Assembly: GCA_000388065.2 (NCBI GenBank)
Contig: KB932214.1
Reading direction: 5' to 3' (one strand)
DNA from: Fonticula alba ATCC 38817
Lineage: Eukaryota; Protista; Nucleariida
DNA length: 26,791 bases
Shown: positions 9,102 to 20,268 of the stretch, in pieces
Layout of the letters: each line of letters begins with the position of its first letter
Position numbering within the stretch: position 1 is the stretch's first letter
Position numbers and translations under genes: made by a program
The notes under the pieces: model-generated
Databases searched by the model: none
What the model saw: the letters and a program-made list of their open reading frames with translations, nothing else
What the model was told of the DNA's origin: nothing

Positions 9102-11435
9102 CCCCCTCTCGCCTCTCCCCCCTCTCGCCTCTCCCCCCTCTCGCCTCTCCCCCGATCGCCATGTGCGCCGGACAGCGGCCCGCGCTCCTGCCTGGTCCAC
9201 TTGATGGTGGTGAAGAACCACTTCGGCGGGCATGACACGCACCTGCGGCAGGTGCGGGTTTTCTCGCTGGACGCCATCACCCCGGGTGTGCAGGCGCTGG
9301 ACGAGCTGCCAGGCGAGCAGCGCCTGGTGTCGACACGCCCCGGGCCGGGCGACGCCGGCCACCGGGCGGCCGGCACCGACGCCCCGGACGCATGCTCGGA
9401 TGTCCCGTCAGCGGGGTCCTTCGAGCCGGCCCCGCCGAGCAGCGACCTGCGCTTCCTGGCCCGACTGGGCCGGCGGGGCAGCGGGGTGGGCCGGCCGCCG
9501 GCCGCGGGCGCGGGCGCGGGCGCGGGCGCCGCAGCCCCGGGGCCTGGCCCGGCCCCGCCGCCCGGGGCCCCCTGGCGAGCGGCCATCAGCCTGACCGACA
9601 GCGCCCTGGCGCCGGTCCTGTCGGCCGGCATTTCCTCTCACACGCTGGCTGCCACGACGGCGGCCTCCTTCTCGGCCGAGACGCCGATGCTCCTGCGCAG
9701 TCTCGGGCCCGGGGAGTGGCGGGTGGCCGGGGGCCGGGCGGTCTTCCGGCCGCCGGCCGGTGGCCCGACTGCCGCCGGCGACTCGGCCACCCCGGCCCCG
9801 GTGGTGGTGCCCGGGGCGGCGGCCCATCGGGCCGCCACAACGGCCGCCGCGCTCCGGGCCGCCGGTCAAGTCGCCGGTCCGGGCGCCGGCGCGGCCGGGG
9901 CCCCTGGCGGCCGTCCGGTGCCGGTGCCCCTGCCGGTGCCGGCTGCGGGGTCGACCTCGCGGCCGGCGGCGGGCGCGGCCCCCCGGCCGGCGCCGGTCAC
10001 CGGGTCCCGGGCGCCGGGCCCCCGGCCGGCACCGGTCACCAGCTCGGCCACGGGCCCGGGGCCGGGGGCGGCCACGTCCGCTGCGGCGGCGGCCGCCACC
10101 GTCGCCGCCGCCGCCACGGCCGCCACGGCCGCCACGTCGCGCCCTGCGGCCGGGCCCCGGCGCACGGGAGCCACCGGGTCCTTCACACGGCTGGCGTCCT
10201 CCTCCGGGGGCCGGTCTGGCGGTGGCCGGGGGCCGCCGTCGTCGAGCACGCGGTCGGCCGGGCGCGTGGCATCTTCCTCCGGGGCCCGGGGGGCGGGGCC
10301 GTCGTCGGGTGCCGGCCGGGCGGCAGCTCGGACCGTGGCCCGGCCAGCGCGGCCGGCGCGGTGCACACGGGGGGCGACGGCCGCCATGGCGGCCGTCGGC
10401 GGCCGGTCCGCCGGACCCCCCGGCCCGGGGTCCGGCCTGCCGGGGTCCTCGTCGGCAGCGACGCTGGGCCCCGCTTCCGAGGGGAATGTCGACGGGGTGG
10501 AGGATGCCGGCGAGGCGTCCCACGGCCGGGCATCGATGTGGCTGCTGTCGGCTTCGACGCCGGTCATCCGGCCGGTGAGGCCGCCGGCGGCCGGTCAGAG
10601 TGCCGCCGGGGCCGGGGCCCCGGGGGTGCCCGGGGCCGCGCCGGCCGCTGCTCGCCCGCCGGCCATCCGGCCGCCCCGTTCGGTCCGGCCCCTGACCCGG
10701 GGCATCCCCGGGGTCACCCTGCCGCTGGTCATCCCGGCGGAGGCGGCCATGGCGGTGCCGGCGGCCATGGCGGTGCCGGCGGCCATGGCGGTGCCGGCGG
10801 CCGCGTCCGGTGCGCCGGCCACCCCCGGCCCGGGCCCCCGGGCGCCGGCCACCCCGGGCCCGGTGACCCCGGGCCCGGTGGCCGCCGGCCCGTCCACGCC
10901 GATGCCCCGGCCCCCGGGGCCGGCTGCCGGGGCGGGTGCGCTCCCCCCCCCGGCCCCCTTCCAGCCCTTCCAGGCGCCGTATCCGGTGATGGTGGGCGCC
11001 GGGGGCCCGGCGGCCGGCGGCCCGATGTCCACCCCCGGGCCCGCTGTCGGTGGCCTGCTCGCCGGCCCCCCGGCGGTCGACCGGGCACTGGAAGACGCCG
11101 GCCCGCGAGCCGGGACCCCGGGGTCCGGGCGCGCCGGTCGGTGGTCCACCCCCGGCGGGCCGCTTTCCTCGGCGGCCGCAAGTGTCCGGGCCGCGGCCGC
11201 GGCCACCACGGCCCGCTGGTCCGATGCCCTGGATGTCGACTATACGGATCCCGACTCGGAGTACCTGCCACCGGCGAGCGAGGACCCCCGGGGGCCGGCC
11301 TCCTCGACCGGGCGCCGGGCCAGCACCCGGCGGACCCCCCGCCGCGCGGGCCTCGAAGACCCGGGGCTCTACCTGGACCCGGACATGGTGCTGCTCCCGA
11401 GCGACGGGACCCACGCGACGGGCTTCTTCCGGTGA
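8372..11435 (+). CDS. ANAPC10: Anaphase-promoting complex subunit 10 (APC10/Doc1)-like, ~905 aa, with a long low-complexity C-terminal extension
   Basis: Exons 8372-8746, 8906-8988, 9176-11435 sum to 2718 nt (906 codons). DOC-domain motifs: HTFWRSDG (cf. TYWQSDG), DESYAPSQIAVRLG (cf. DESYTPSKISVRVG), GWVVAPL, KNHFGGHDTHLRQVRVF (cf. ANHQNGRDTHMRQIKIY). Confidence 0.85.
9101..9153 (+). repeat. 16-nt pyrimidine tandem repeat (cccccctctcgcctct x~3) next to a (CT)n microsatellite in APC10 intron 2
   Basis: Read directly. Confidence 0.8.
10743..10796 (+). repeat. 18-nt in-frame tandem repeat x3 (AAMAVP)
   Basis: gcggccatggcggtgccg, three perfect copies. Confidence 0.95.
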
Positions 11436-11734
11436 CACCGCAGCCCGGCTGCTGTGCGGCCCCCCCCCCCCCGGCTCGGGGGAGGTGCATGTGCGAATAC
11501 AAGCCACCGGTCGTTGCATCCCCGCCCCCTCCCCCCCGGCCTCCCCCTCTGCCTGGATGTCTGTTTGCATGGGTAGGTGCGGCGGATGGTGCAGGCGTGT
11601 GCGTATAGTAGTGTACAAAAAGGCGGGCCACAGGGCCGGCAGACGGGCGGCCAGGCGACCAGGGGCGAAGTCTTCTTCTTCTTCTTCTTCTTCTAGTGGG
11701 GCAAGAGCCAGGGCCGGGGGGAAGCCCGCGGGGC

Positions 11735-14516
11735 TTAGCCGCCCTTGAGGCGCTTCTCGCGCATGTCGCGCTCGGCCAGCTGGCGCTCGTGGAAACTCCG
11801 CAGGTTCTTCCCCCGGACCTCGGCCTTCTGCCGAAGCATGGCGAAGGGCTTGTTCTTGGAGTTGGCCAGGTTGGTCTTGCCCACGTGCGCCTTGGTGCCC
11901 TTGCGGGAGGCGTACTTCTCGCGGCCCTCGCGCCCGGCGTCGGCCGCGGCCAGGCGCTCCTCCTTGGTGGCGCGCTGGCGCTTGGTGTAGGCCATGAGCG
12001 ACTCCGGGTTGACGGCCTCCTCGTAGGTGGTCCGAGTGGGGCTGAGGCAGGGCAGCAGCGCAGCAGGGCGAAGGGGCGGGAGTCAGTCATCCGGGGGCGT
12101 GGACGCACAGGGGAGGCAGGCAGGGTGGGTGTGGGGGGGGGGGNNNNNNNNNNNNNNNNNNNNNNNNNNNNNNNNNNNNNNNNNNNNGGGGGGGGGGGAG
12201 AACAGGAAGGAAGGCAGCAACCAAGCGCGGCGGGGGGTCGCCGGCCGGCCGGCCGGCGGCGGAAACGTACTCGATGGCGGTGTTGCGCCGGCGCTTGGCC
12301 TTCTTGCCGGTGGCCGCGTCGAGGTCGCCCTCGGCCTTGCGCTGCTTGATGGCCGCAAAGTCGGCCGGGGTGAGGATCTGCATTGGGCGCGTGAGGGGGA
12401 CAGGCGCGAAGGGTCAGTGTCAGTGGCATGCAGGCCGATGGGGCACAGAGGAATGCCCAGGCCGAGAGGCGGGCAGGCAGGCGGGCAGGCATGAACCGCC
12501 CATCCGGGCGAAGGGGACAGGGCGGGCACACGCACGCGATTGGCCTCCATCAGCTGGGAGATCGGGCGCTTCTTCGGGTTGACCTCAGAGTCGGCGGCCG
12601 AGGGGGCGGCCTTCTTCTTGGCGGCCTTGGCCTTGCCGCCGGGCTCCTCGTCGCTGAGGAGGATGTCCTCATCGTCGGACCCGACGGCCAGGAGGGCATC
12701 CAGCTCGCTGGCCGCGGCCTTGGCCTTGCGGGCCGCGCTGCCCAGCAGCTGCGCCAGATCCGCATCCTCCTCCTCGTCGTCGTCATCATCATCGTCATTG
12801 TCGCCGGCCAGCTCGCCATCCGACGACAGGACAATGTGGTCCTCATCGTCCGAGTGGTGGACGTCGATCCACTCGCCGTCGTCCGAGTCGGAGTCCGACT
12901 CCGACTGGACATCCCACGCGGCGTCGTTGTCCTCGTCATCGAAGTCCGACAGGTTGCCCAGCAGGTCGGCGCCCGGCACGAAGTCCATGACACCGGTGTC
13001 ACCGTACACCGGCGCCTGGAAGGTCTTGATGTTCTCCTGGGCGGTCTTGCCGCGGTCGCGCTTGTGCAGCAGCAGGGGGTTCACCTCGCGCAGGAGGTTG
13101 ATCAGGGACTTGGCCGCCGTCATGACGCCCTTGTCGCGGTACGTCTTAAACCGAGCCAGGTCCCGGGCAATCTCCTCGGTCATGGCCAGCGGGCAGCGGG
13201 CCACGATCTCGCGGATGGAGTTGAGCCTGGCCGNNNNNNNNNNNNNNNNNNNNNNNNNNNNNNNNNNNNNNNNNNNNNNNNNNNNNNNNNNNNNNNNNNN
13301 NNNNNNNNNNNNNNNNNNNNNNNNNNNNNNNNNNNNNNNNNNNNNNNNNNNNNNNNNNNNNNNNNNNNNNNNNNNNNNNNNNNNNNNNNNNNNNNNNNNN
13401 NNNNNNNNNNNNNNNNNNNNNNNNNNNNNNNNNNNNNNNNNNNNNNNNNNNNNNNNNNNGGGGCCCGGGAGACACAAGCAAGGCAGCACGGGGAAGGGGG
13501 CGACCGGCCACGAGGGCGGAGGCGGAGAAAGAGGCCGGGCGGATGGGCGCACCCTCTTGGTGTGGCTTGATGTAGCGCTGGAGGAAGGAGTAGAAATTCA
13601 GCAGCAGCAGCTGGTGCACACCCACCAGGCGCGAGATCAGGTTGAAGATGAGCAGGCGCAGCGAGAAGATGGCATTGCTGGACCGGACCTTGGCCAGGAG
13701 CTTCTCGGCGAAGCCTTTTCGTCGCCGGCAGGCGCGCATGCGCACGCGTACATGGGATGTAAGTAGGCGCGGAGAAAAGGGGGAACAGGGGGGGAGAGAG
13801 AGAGAGAGAGAGCAGCGAGAGCCGATGGCGGCGAGCGCACCCTGCGGGTCATTGATCAGGTGGAAGGCCGAGAAGTTGAAGGTCTCCGCGCGGTTCTTCC
13901 GGCGGTTGCGCTTCAGCATGGTGGCCTTGGCGCGCTTCAGCTGCGTGGCCTTCTTCTTGGTCTTCTTGGTCACACGGTTGCGGAACTGGACCGCGCGCAG
14001 GTCGATCTGCACGGCGCCGGCCGAACGAAGAGCGTGTCGAGGGGGGAGACAAAGTGCGCGTCAGCGGCCGCGGGTTGAGTGGGGGCTCCGCGAGCCGGGT
14101 GGGCGAGGCAAAAGAGGACCGGCCGGCGAGATGGCCACCACACGTACGACGTCCTCATCATCGTCATCCTCCTTCTCGGGCTCCTCGTCGCTGGAGAGGA
14201 AGAAGTGCAGGGCGATGGTGGCCACCTTCGGCCGGCTGGACAGGCAGGCGTTGGCGATGATGTTGACGGTCTTCTCGTCGTTCCACACATTCTTCTTGTA
14301 CAGGGCGATCATGATCTCCAGGGACTTGGTGGCCGCGGTGTCATCGCGGTCCTCGATCATGGTGTACATGTAATTCTGCAGGACGCGGTTCAGCTGGTTG
14401 TTCCGGCGCTGGTCGTTCTGCTGGCGGATGTCCGTGACGATGTGCGTGAAGAGCTGGCGTGTGTTGTGGAGGCCGGCGGCCGGTCAGCATGGTGCGAGGG
14501 CGGGCGGCGGGCGGGC

Positions 14517-14548
<32 letters not shown>

Positions 14549-14553
14549 GGGGG

Positions 14554-14630
<77 letters not shown>

Positions 14631-15688
14631 GCAATGCATGAGGGTGTAAAGAAGAAGCAGTGCCCGACGCACCCACATGGCAGCAGCAGGAGTGACCGCG
14701 CAGAAGAGACCCACGGCATGAACCAAATTCGGGAAGTAGTAGGACGAGGCCGGGAGGAGCCGGCAAAAAGCCGCCACACGAACCAAAATCTTATCCTCGG
14801 TGTCCACACGCATGAAGGAAGAGTCGGACATGTCCANNNNNNNNNNNNNNNNNNNNNNNNNNNNNNNNNNNNNNNNNNNNNNNNNNNNNNNNNNNNNNNN
14901 NNNNNNNNNNNNNNNNNNNNNNNNNNNNNNNNNNNNNNNNNNNNNNNNNNNNNNNNNNNNNNNNNNNNNNNNNNNNNNNNNNNNNNNNNNNNNNNNNNNN
15001 NNNNNNNNNNNNNNNNNNNNNNNNNNNNNNNNNNNNNNNNNNNNNNNNNNNNNNNNNNNNNNNNNNNNNNNNNNNNNNNNNNNNNNNNNNNNNNNNNNNN
15101 NNNNNNNNNNNNNNNNNNNNNNNNNNNNNNNNNNNNNNNNNNNNNNNNNNNNNNNNNNNNNNCGTCAAACTCATTGCCCTGCGCGGTAGGAGGGGGGGCG
15201 AGGCGGGGGACGCCCGGGTCCCGGGCGCACCATCGAGCGGAGGGCCTTGTCCTTGCAGCGGAAGAGCTTGAAGAAGAGCTCGAGGATTCTGGAAATGGGT
15301 GGGGGAGGCGAGAGCAATAGGCAAGGGCGGGCAGGAGTCAGGGCGCGGTCGCGGGGGTAGCCATTCCACTGCGTGCGTGCATGTGCGCGCGCGCGACAAG
15401 TTGAGAGAGAGGGAGCGTGCGCGGAAGACCGCACACATGCATGTCTGACGCACTGGACCGAGGAGATGAGGTTCTTGTTGCGCAGCAGGATCAGCGCCTG
15501 GACCATGACGCGCCGGACCGGGGGGGCCAGGATCTGCCCATGCTGGTCCAGCATGTCGGCCACCTGCGTGGGCAGGGTCTTCAGTTCCTCCTTGTAGCAG
15601 TGCGACACCTGGGCCATGAACATGATCAGCTCGCAGAAGCTCTTCGAATCGTCGGTCGGCTTGAGCAGGAAGATGCGCATGGTGGACT
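11735..15688 (-). CDS. SDA1: SDA1 / SDAD1 60S ribosome biogenesis protein; first exon and one internal exon hidden in gaps
   Basis: Exons (minus) 15688-15454, 15288-15231, 14453-14148, 14006-13841, 13714-13553, [gap], 13226-12536, 12377-12271, 12041-11735 (TAA). Strong recalled match to SDAD1: ELIMFMAQVSHCY, ALILLRNKNLI, ELFFKLFRCKDK, LFTHIVTDI, VWNDEKTVNII, ETFNFSAFHLINDPQGFAEKLL, NLISRLVGVHQLLLLNFY, ARCPLAMTEE, NKPFAMLR. Confidence 0.96.
12144..12187. other. Assembly gap flanked by G runs (SDA1 intron)
   Basis: N run. Confidence 1.
13234..13459. other. Assembly gap that must hide SDA1 coding sequence
   Basis: N run; about 45 conserved residues between YIKPHQE and LNSIREIV are missing. Confidence 0.95.
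14518..14629. repeat. ~110-nt interrupted poly-G (poly-C on the SDA1 sense strand), intronic
   Basis: Read directly. Confidence 0.85.
14837..15162. other. Assembly gap inside an SDA1 intron
   Basis: N run. Confidence 1.
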
Positions 15689-15719
15689 CTGCACCGGAGG
15701 CCGGGGGGGGGGGGGGGGG

Positions 15720-16050
15720 NNNNNNNNNNNNNNNNNNNNNNNNNNNNNNNNNNNNNNNNNNNNNNNNNNNNNNNNNNNNNNNNNNNNNNNNNNNNNNNNN
15801 NNNNNNNNNNNNNNNNNNNNNNNNNNNNNNNNNNNNNNNNNNNNNNNNNNNNNNNNNNNNNNNNNNNNNNNNNNNNNNNNNNNNNNNNNNNNNNNNNNNN
15901 NNNNNNNNNNNNNNNNNNNNNNNNNNNNNNNNNNNNNNNNNNNNNNNNNNNNNNNNNNNNNNNNNNNNNNNNNNNNNNNNNNNNNNNNNNNNNNNNNNNN
16001 NNNNNNNNNNNNNNNNNNNNNNNNNNNNNNNNNNNNNNNNNNNNNNNNNN
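15720..16050. other. Assembly gap probably containing the SDA1 start exon
   Basis: N run. The N-terminal SDA1 segment (about 35-40 aa) is not visible elsewhere, and the exon at 15688 begins in phase 1 after an AG. Confidence 0.8.
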
Positions 16051-16897
16051 GCGTGGAGCGGGGCAGCAAGGCGGGCGACAAAGCGTGCACAAACGGGCCA
16101 AAGAGGGGGAGGGAGAAGGGGGGGGGGGAGGGGAGGCGGTGCCGGGGCGTGCTGGCAGGATGCTGTCTGGGCCGGCGCCTCTTCTCGCCGGCCCGGGCGG
16201 TGCACCTGCCTCGGCGGCCATGTGCCCGGCGCGCGCCGCAGGGCCGGGGACACTCTTTCTCCCCGCGAGCGAGGCCGACCGCCGCCGCTGCCCCGGGTGG
16301 GGGAGATGGGGGGCGGGAGCGGGGGGGGGGGGGTGGAGCCGGCGCATGGCCGGCCCGGCGCACGCGGCCTGGCTGCCGACGCAGGCAGCCACCAGGCGCG
16401 AGGCGGGGGCGGGGCTCCCGCCGGACGACCACCACGCGGGCGTTGGAGCGCCGGGTCACGTCGCCGCACGTGATCGCGGACATGAGGCCCGCGCGGCGGT
16501 CGTCCGGCCGCGGGCCGTGTGCCGGCCGTCGGGCCGGATGGCTGTGGCCGGCGCGGCTGCCGCGCTGCCGCCTCGCTGGGGGAGCTCTCTCCTTGGCTGG
16601 CGCGCGGGCGCGTGTCCGGGGCGGGGGCGTAGCCGGCGTTGGCCGCCCGCGTGCCCTGCCGTCGGGCCCGGGAGGGGGGGCGGGGAGATCTGCCCTCGCG
16701 GCGCGGGCGGGCGCTCTTTTGGGCCACAGTACCCGGCGTCGGTCCCCGTGTGGTGGCCCTGCCACTGCCCTCTCCTTCCCCCCCTCCCCCTCGCCCCGCC
16801 TCCTCCCCGCCTCTCGGTCTTCCTTTCCCCCCTCTCCCTCTCCTCCGACCTTTCTCGCTCCCCGCCCGGTGTCCGACGCGTATCTCCACTCAACAGC
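16051..16897. promoter_or_regulatory. Putative bidirectional promoter region between divergent SDA1 and UTP6
   Basis: Gene orientation; no credible coding frame; contains ATCACGTG (minus strand, 16467-16474) and TTTTGGGCC (16717-16725). Confidence 0.55.
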
Positions 16898-18436
16898 ATG
16901 GCCGAAAATGTCCACTCACGGCTTGAGGTCATGGTGCCGGACCTCAAGCAGTTCATTGAGATCGGCTACTTCACCCCGGTGCGTGCATGCTCCCGTCCGC
17001 GCCCATGTGGCCCTGGCGGCTCTGTGTATGCCTGGCTGACATCCCCCCCCTCCCCTGACCTCTCGCTCGCTCCCATGCCCGCCATCCTCACAGGAGGAGG
17101 TCCGGGCGATCGTCAAGAAGCGCACCGACTTCGAGTACAAGCTTCGCCGACGCATCCCCGTGAAGCTGGACTACCTGCGCTACATCCAGTATGAGATGAA
17201 TCTGGAGAGTCTGCGCGCGCAGCGGAAGCAGCGCCTCGGTGCGTTCCCCCTCCCCCCCCCCCTTTTGCCGACTCGCATGGCTCGCGGTTGCCCGTCCCGG
17301 TGCGCGCAACACCGTCTGACCCCGGGTTCCCCCCCCCCCCGGCGCAGGCCTCTACAAGCACAACCCCGTGGACTATGCGATCACGAACAACATCACCACC
17401 ATCTTCGACCGGGCCATGATGCGCTTCTCCGGGGACACGCGCCTGTGGGTGGACTACATCCGGTTCCTGCTGGCGTACAACCGCCTGGACCGGGCGGCGG
17501 GCATCCTCTCGCGGGCGGTTCTCTCCCGGCCGACCGAGCCGCTCTTCTGGATCATGGCAGCCAGCTTCGAGCTGGACAAGCGGTCCAACTTCGACACGGC
17601 GCGGGCCCTGCTCCAGCGCGGCGCCCGGCTGAACCGCTCCAATGACGTGTCTCTCTGGGTGGAGTACCTGCGCCTGGAGACGCTGTTCATCGAGCGGATC
17701 CGCGCGCGCCGGGCCATGCTGGGCCTGTCGCGGCCGGGTGTGGCCGACCCCGAGGCCGCCGCCGGCCAGGCGGTCTCCGTGCCGGAGCTCCCGCAGGAGA
17801 CCGGGTCCACTGGCGACGGCGGGTCGGACTCGGATGCGGCCCAGTCGTCGGACGAGTCGGCTGCCGGTGGTGGCCCGGCGGCCGACGAGGCCATGTCCGG
17901 CATCATTGCCCTGAGCTCGGATGTCACCCGGTCGGCGGGGGCCGCGCCGGCCGACGCCGCCGGGCAGACCGACGCCCAGAAGGCCAGCCTGGCGCATGTT
18001 CTCTCGGGCGCCATCCCCAAGATGATCATCAAGAGCGCCTTTGAGGGTGCGTCTGGGCGTGTGGTCTTCTGTTGTGTCCTTCCTGTGTGGCGAGTTCTGC
18101 CCCCCTGTCTGTGTCTGTCTGTGTCTGTGTCTGTCGGTCTCTTTTCCCCTTCCTCCCTCTCTCCGCCCCCTCTTGCGCTCCCTCTCACGCCCCCTCTCAC
18201 GCCCGGTCGCTCCTTTCCACACCCGGATGCAGCCCACCCCGAGAGCCTGGCGCTGCGCATCCGCTTCATGGAGATCCTTCGGTCCTCGTACGGCCACCGC
18301 CTGACCGAGTGCCTGGATATGGTCTACGAGAGGTGCGTCCTTTCCCCGCCGCTTGCCTCCCCCTCTCCCCCCCCTCTCTCTCTCTCTCTCTCTCTTTCTC
18401 TCCCCATCTCCCCGCTTGCCTCGACTGACCGCCCCC

Positions 18437-18475
<39 letters not shown>

Positions 18476-20268
18476 CCCACACAGCCTCCAGAATGACTTC
18501 CCCTTCCACCCGCACGCCCTGACGCTGGTCATCCGCCGGGAGGTGGACCGCCTGCTGTTCGTGCCGCCGCAGCCGCGGAGCTCCGAGTCGGCCACCGCCC
18601 TGGCCGACCAGGACGACCCGCCGGCCGCCCCGCCGGCCGAGGACATCCTGCGGGCCCAGGTGGCCGTGGCCATCACCCAGATGGAGGACGGCGTGCTGTC
18701 GCTGCTGGACGAGCTGACCTCGATCGACGCCCGGACCATCTGCTGGCTGGCCTTCATCGACTCGCTGCAAGACCTGGCGGCCGATCCGCGCATCAAGAAG
18801 CTCGGCCTGGTGCGTGTTCTTTTTTTCCTGTCGGCGTTGCTGTGCCTCTGCCCAGCGGGTTTTGCTTCCCCTTCTGCGCTGCCTCTTCTGCCTCTTGCTC
18901 TCGCGGCCCTTCCTTACACCCACCCACATTGGGGCACATCGGCCCGCCCATGCGCGCAGAGTGCCGGCCTCTCGGCGCAGCTGTGCTCCTCCATGCTGGA
19001 GTGCGTCTCGCGCGGGGACCTCCTTCGGCCGGAGCTCTTCAGCGCCTGGGCCGACTCCATCGACCTGGCCGAGGGCACCGAGCACGCCGGGCACCTGCTG
19101 GCGGCCATCGACGGCGTGCTGCAGGGGAAGTTCGCCGCGTCGGCCACCGCCCCGGCCGAGGAGTCGGACTCCGACTCCGAAGCCGAGGAGGAGGAGGGCG
19201 ACGACGACGACGACGGCTCGGACACCGACAGCGATTCCGACGACGCGGCCCCGGCCCCGGCCCCGGCCCCGACTGCCGGGCAACTTGACCAGCTGAATGC
19301 CCTGAAGGTCCGGCTGCTGGTGCGCGGGGCCGAGGCCACCGCGGCCGCGGCCGCCGACAGCACCGGCCCCTTTGCCCCGGGCCAGGTGTCGGACTTCTTC
19401 CTGGGGCTGGTGCCGACCGAGGCGCTGGCCGGGCTCAAGCTCCTGGATGACTTTGTCCCCTGGGCGGAGAAGGCCCTGCCGGAGGTGTATACCCGGGCCT
19501 TTGTGAAGGACCTTTACGAGGTGCGCCGCGGGGTGCCTGCTGCTTCTGCGGTTTCCTCTTCTTCCTCCCTTTTTTTTTTCTCTTTCCCCCGGCCCCGGCG
19601 CCTGCATACCTGACACGCCTGCATACCTGGCGACACGCCTGCGCCGCGACCGGCTGGCCGGGCTGGTGCGGGCTGGCATGCCATGTCCCCCCCCGGGGGC
19701 TGGACCACAGAAATGGACCTTCATCGGGCTGGCCTGCTCCGAAGCCAGCTTGCTGTCTTTCGTTCGGTGGATTGTGGCCGGGCCGGCCCCCTGGCATGGG
19801 GCCCTGCTGGACCTGAGCCAGCGTGCCCTCGGCCTGGCCGCCCAGCCGCTGGCCGGGCTGGAGCTGATCCTTCACCACCTGCTGCCGAGCAAGCAGTCGG
19901 CCCAGCAGCCGGCGGCCGGCGAGGAGGCTGCCCCGCAGCGGGTGGCCTTCACGGCGCCCCAGCTGAAGCAGCTGGAGCGCCTGCTGGAGGCGACGACCGC
20001 GGCGCTGGCCCCCGGGGCCAGCGGCTTCGCCATGCTCCGGACCCCGGGGGCGTCGGCCGCCACGGGCACCCTGACGGCGGCGGCGGCCGCCGACCACCAC
20101 CAGTCGACCCTGGTGCGGGGGGTGTCGCGCGCGGCCGCGGTCTGGCTCAAGTGGATTGCCTTTGAGCTGGCCCAGGGGAACCCCAAGCGCGTGATCAGCC
20201 TCTACGAGCGGGCTGTCCGCTCGGTGCCCGATGCCGATGCCTTCGTCCAGGCGTACAACCGCCTGTGA
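16898..20268 (+). CDS. UTP6: U3 snoRNA-associated protein 6 (UTP6), HAT-repeat SSU processome factor, ~822 aa
   Basis: Exons 16898-16978, 17094-17238, 17348-18046, 18233-18332, 18485-18809, 18960-19520, 19711-20268 sum to 2469 nt (823 codons). The N-terminus MAENVHSRLEVMVPDL..IGYFTPEEVRAIVKKRTDFEYKL..DYLRYIQYEMNL matches UTP6. HAT repeats: LWVDYI, FWIMAASFELD..NFDTARALLQRGARLN, LWVEYLRLE, and C-terminal VWLKWIAFEL..LYERA. Confidence 0.95.
19599..19643 (+). repeat. 17-19-nt degenerate tandem repeat (cgcctgcatacctgaca x~2.5) in UTP6 intron 6
   Basis: Read directly. Confidence 0.75.

Noticed and set aside
14640-14836. H/ACA snoRNA reading of the SDA1 intronic segment (ATAAGA and a downstream ACA on the minus strand)
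   Set aside because: About 140 nt between the boxes is too long for a typical hairpin and I could not see the stems; the coding-exon reading fits better. An Infernal scan would settle it.
16395-16485. MSAITCGDV.. (minus strand) as the SDA1 first exon
   Set aside because: No similarity to the SDA1 N-terminus and no suitable donor; the start is more likely in gap 15720-16050.
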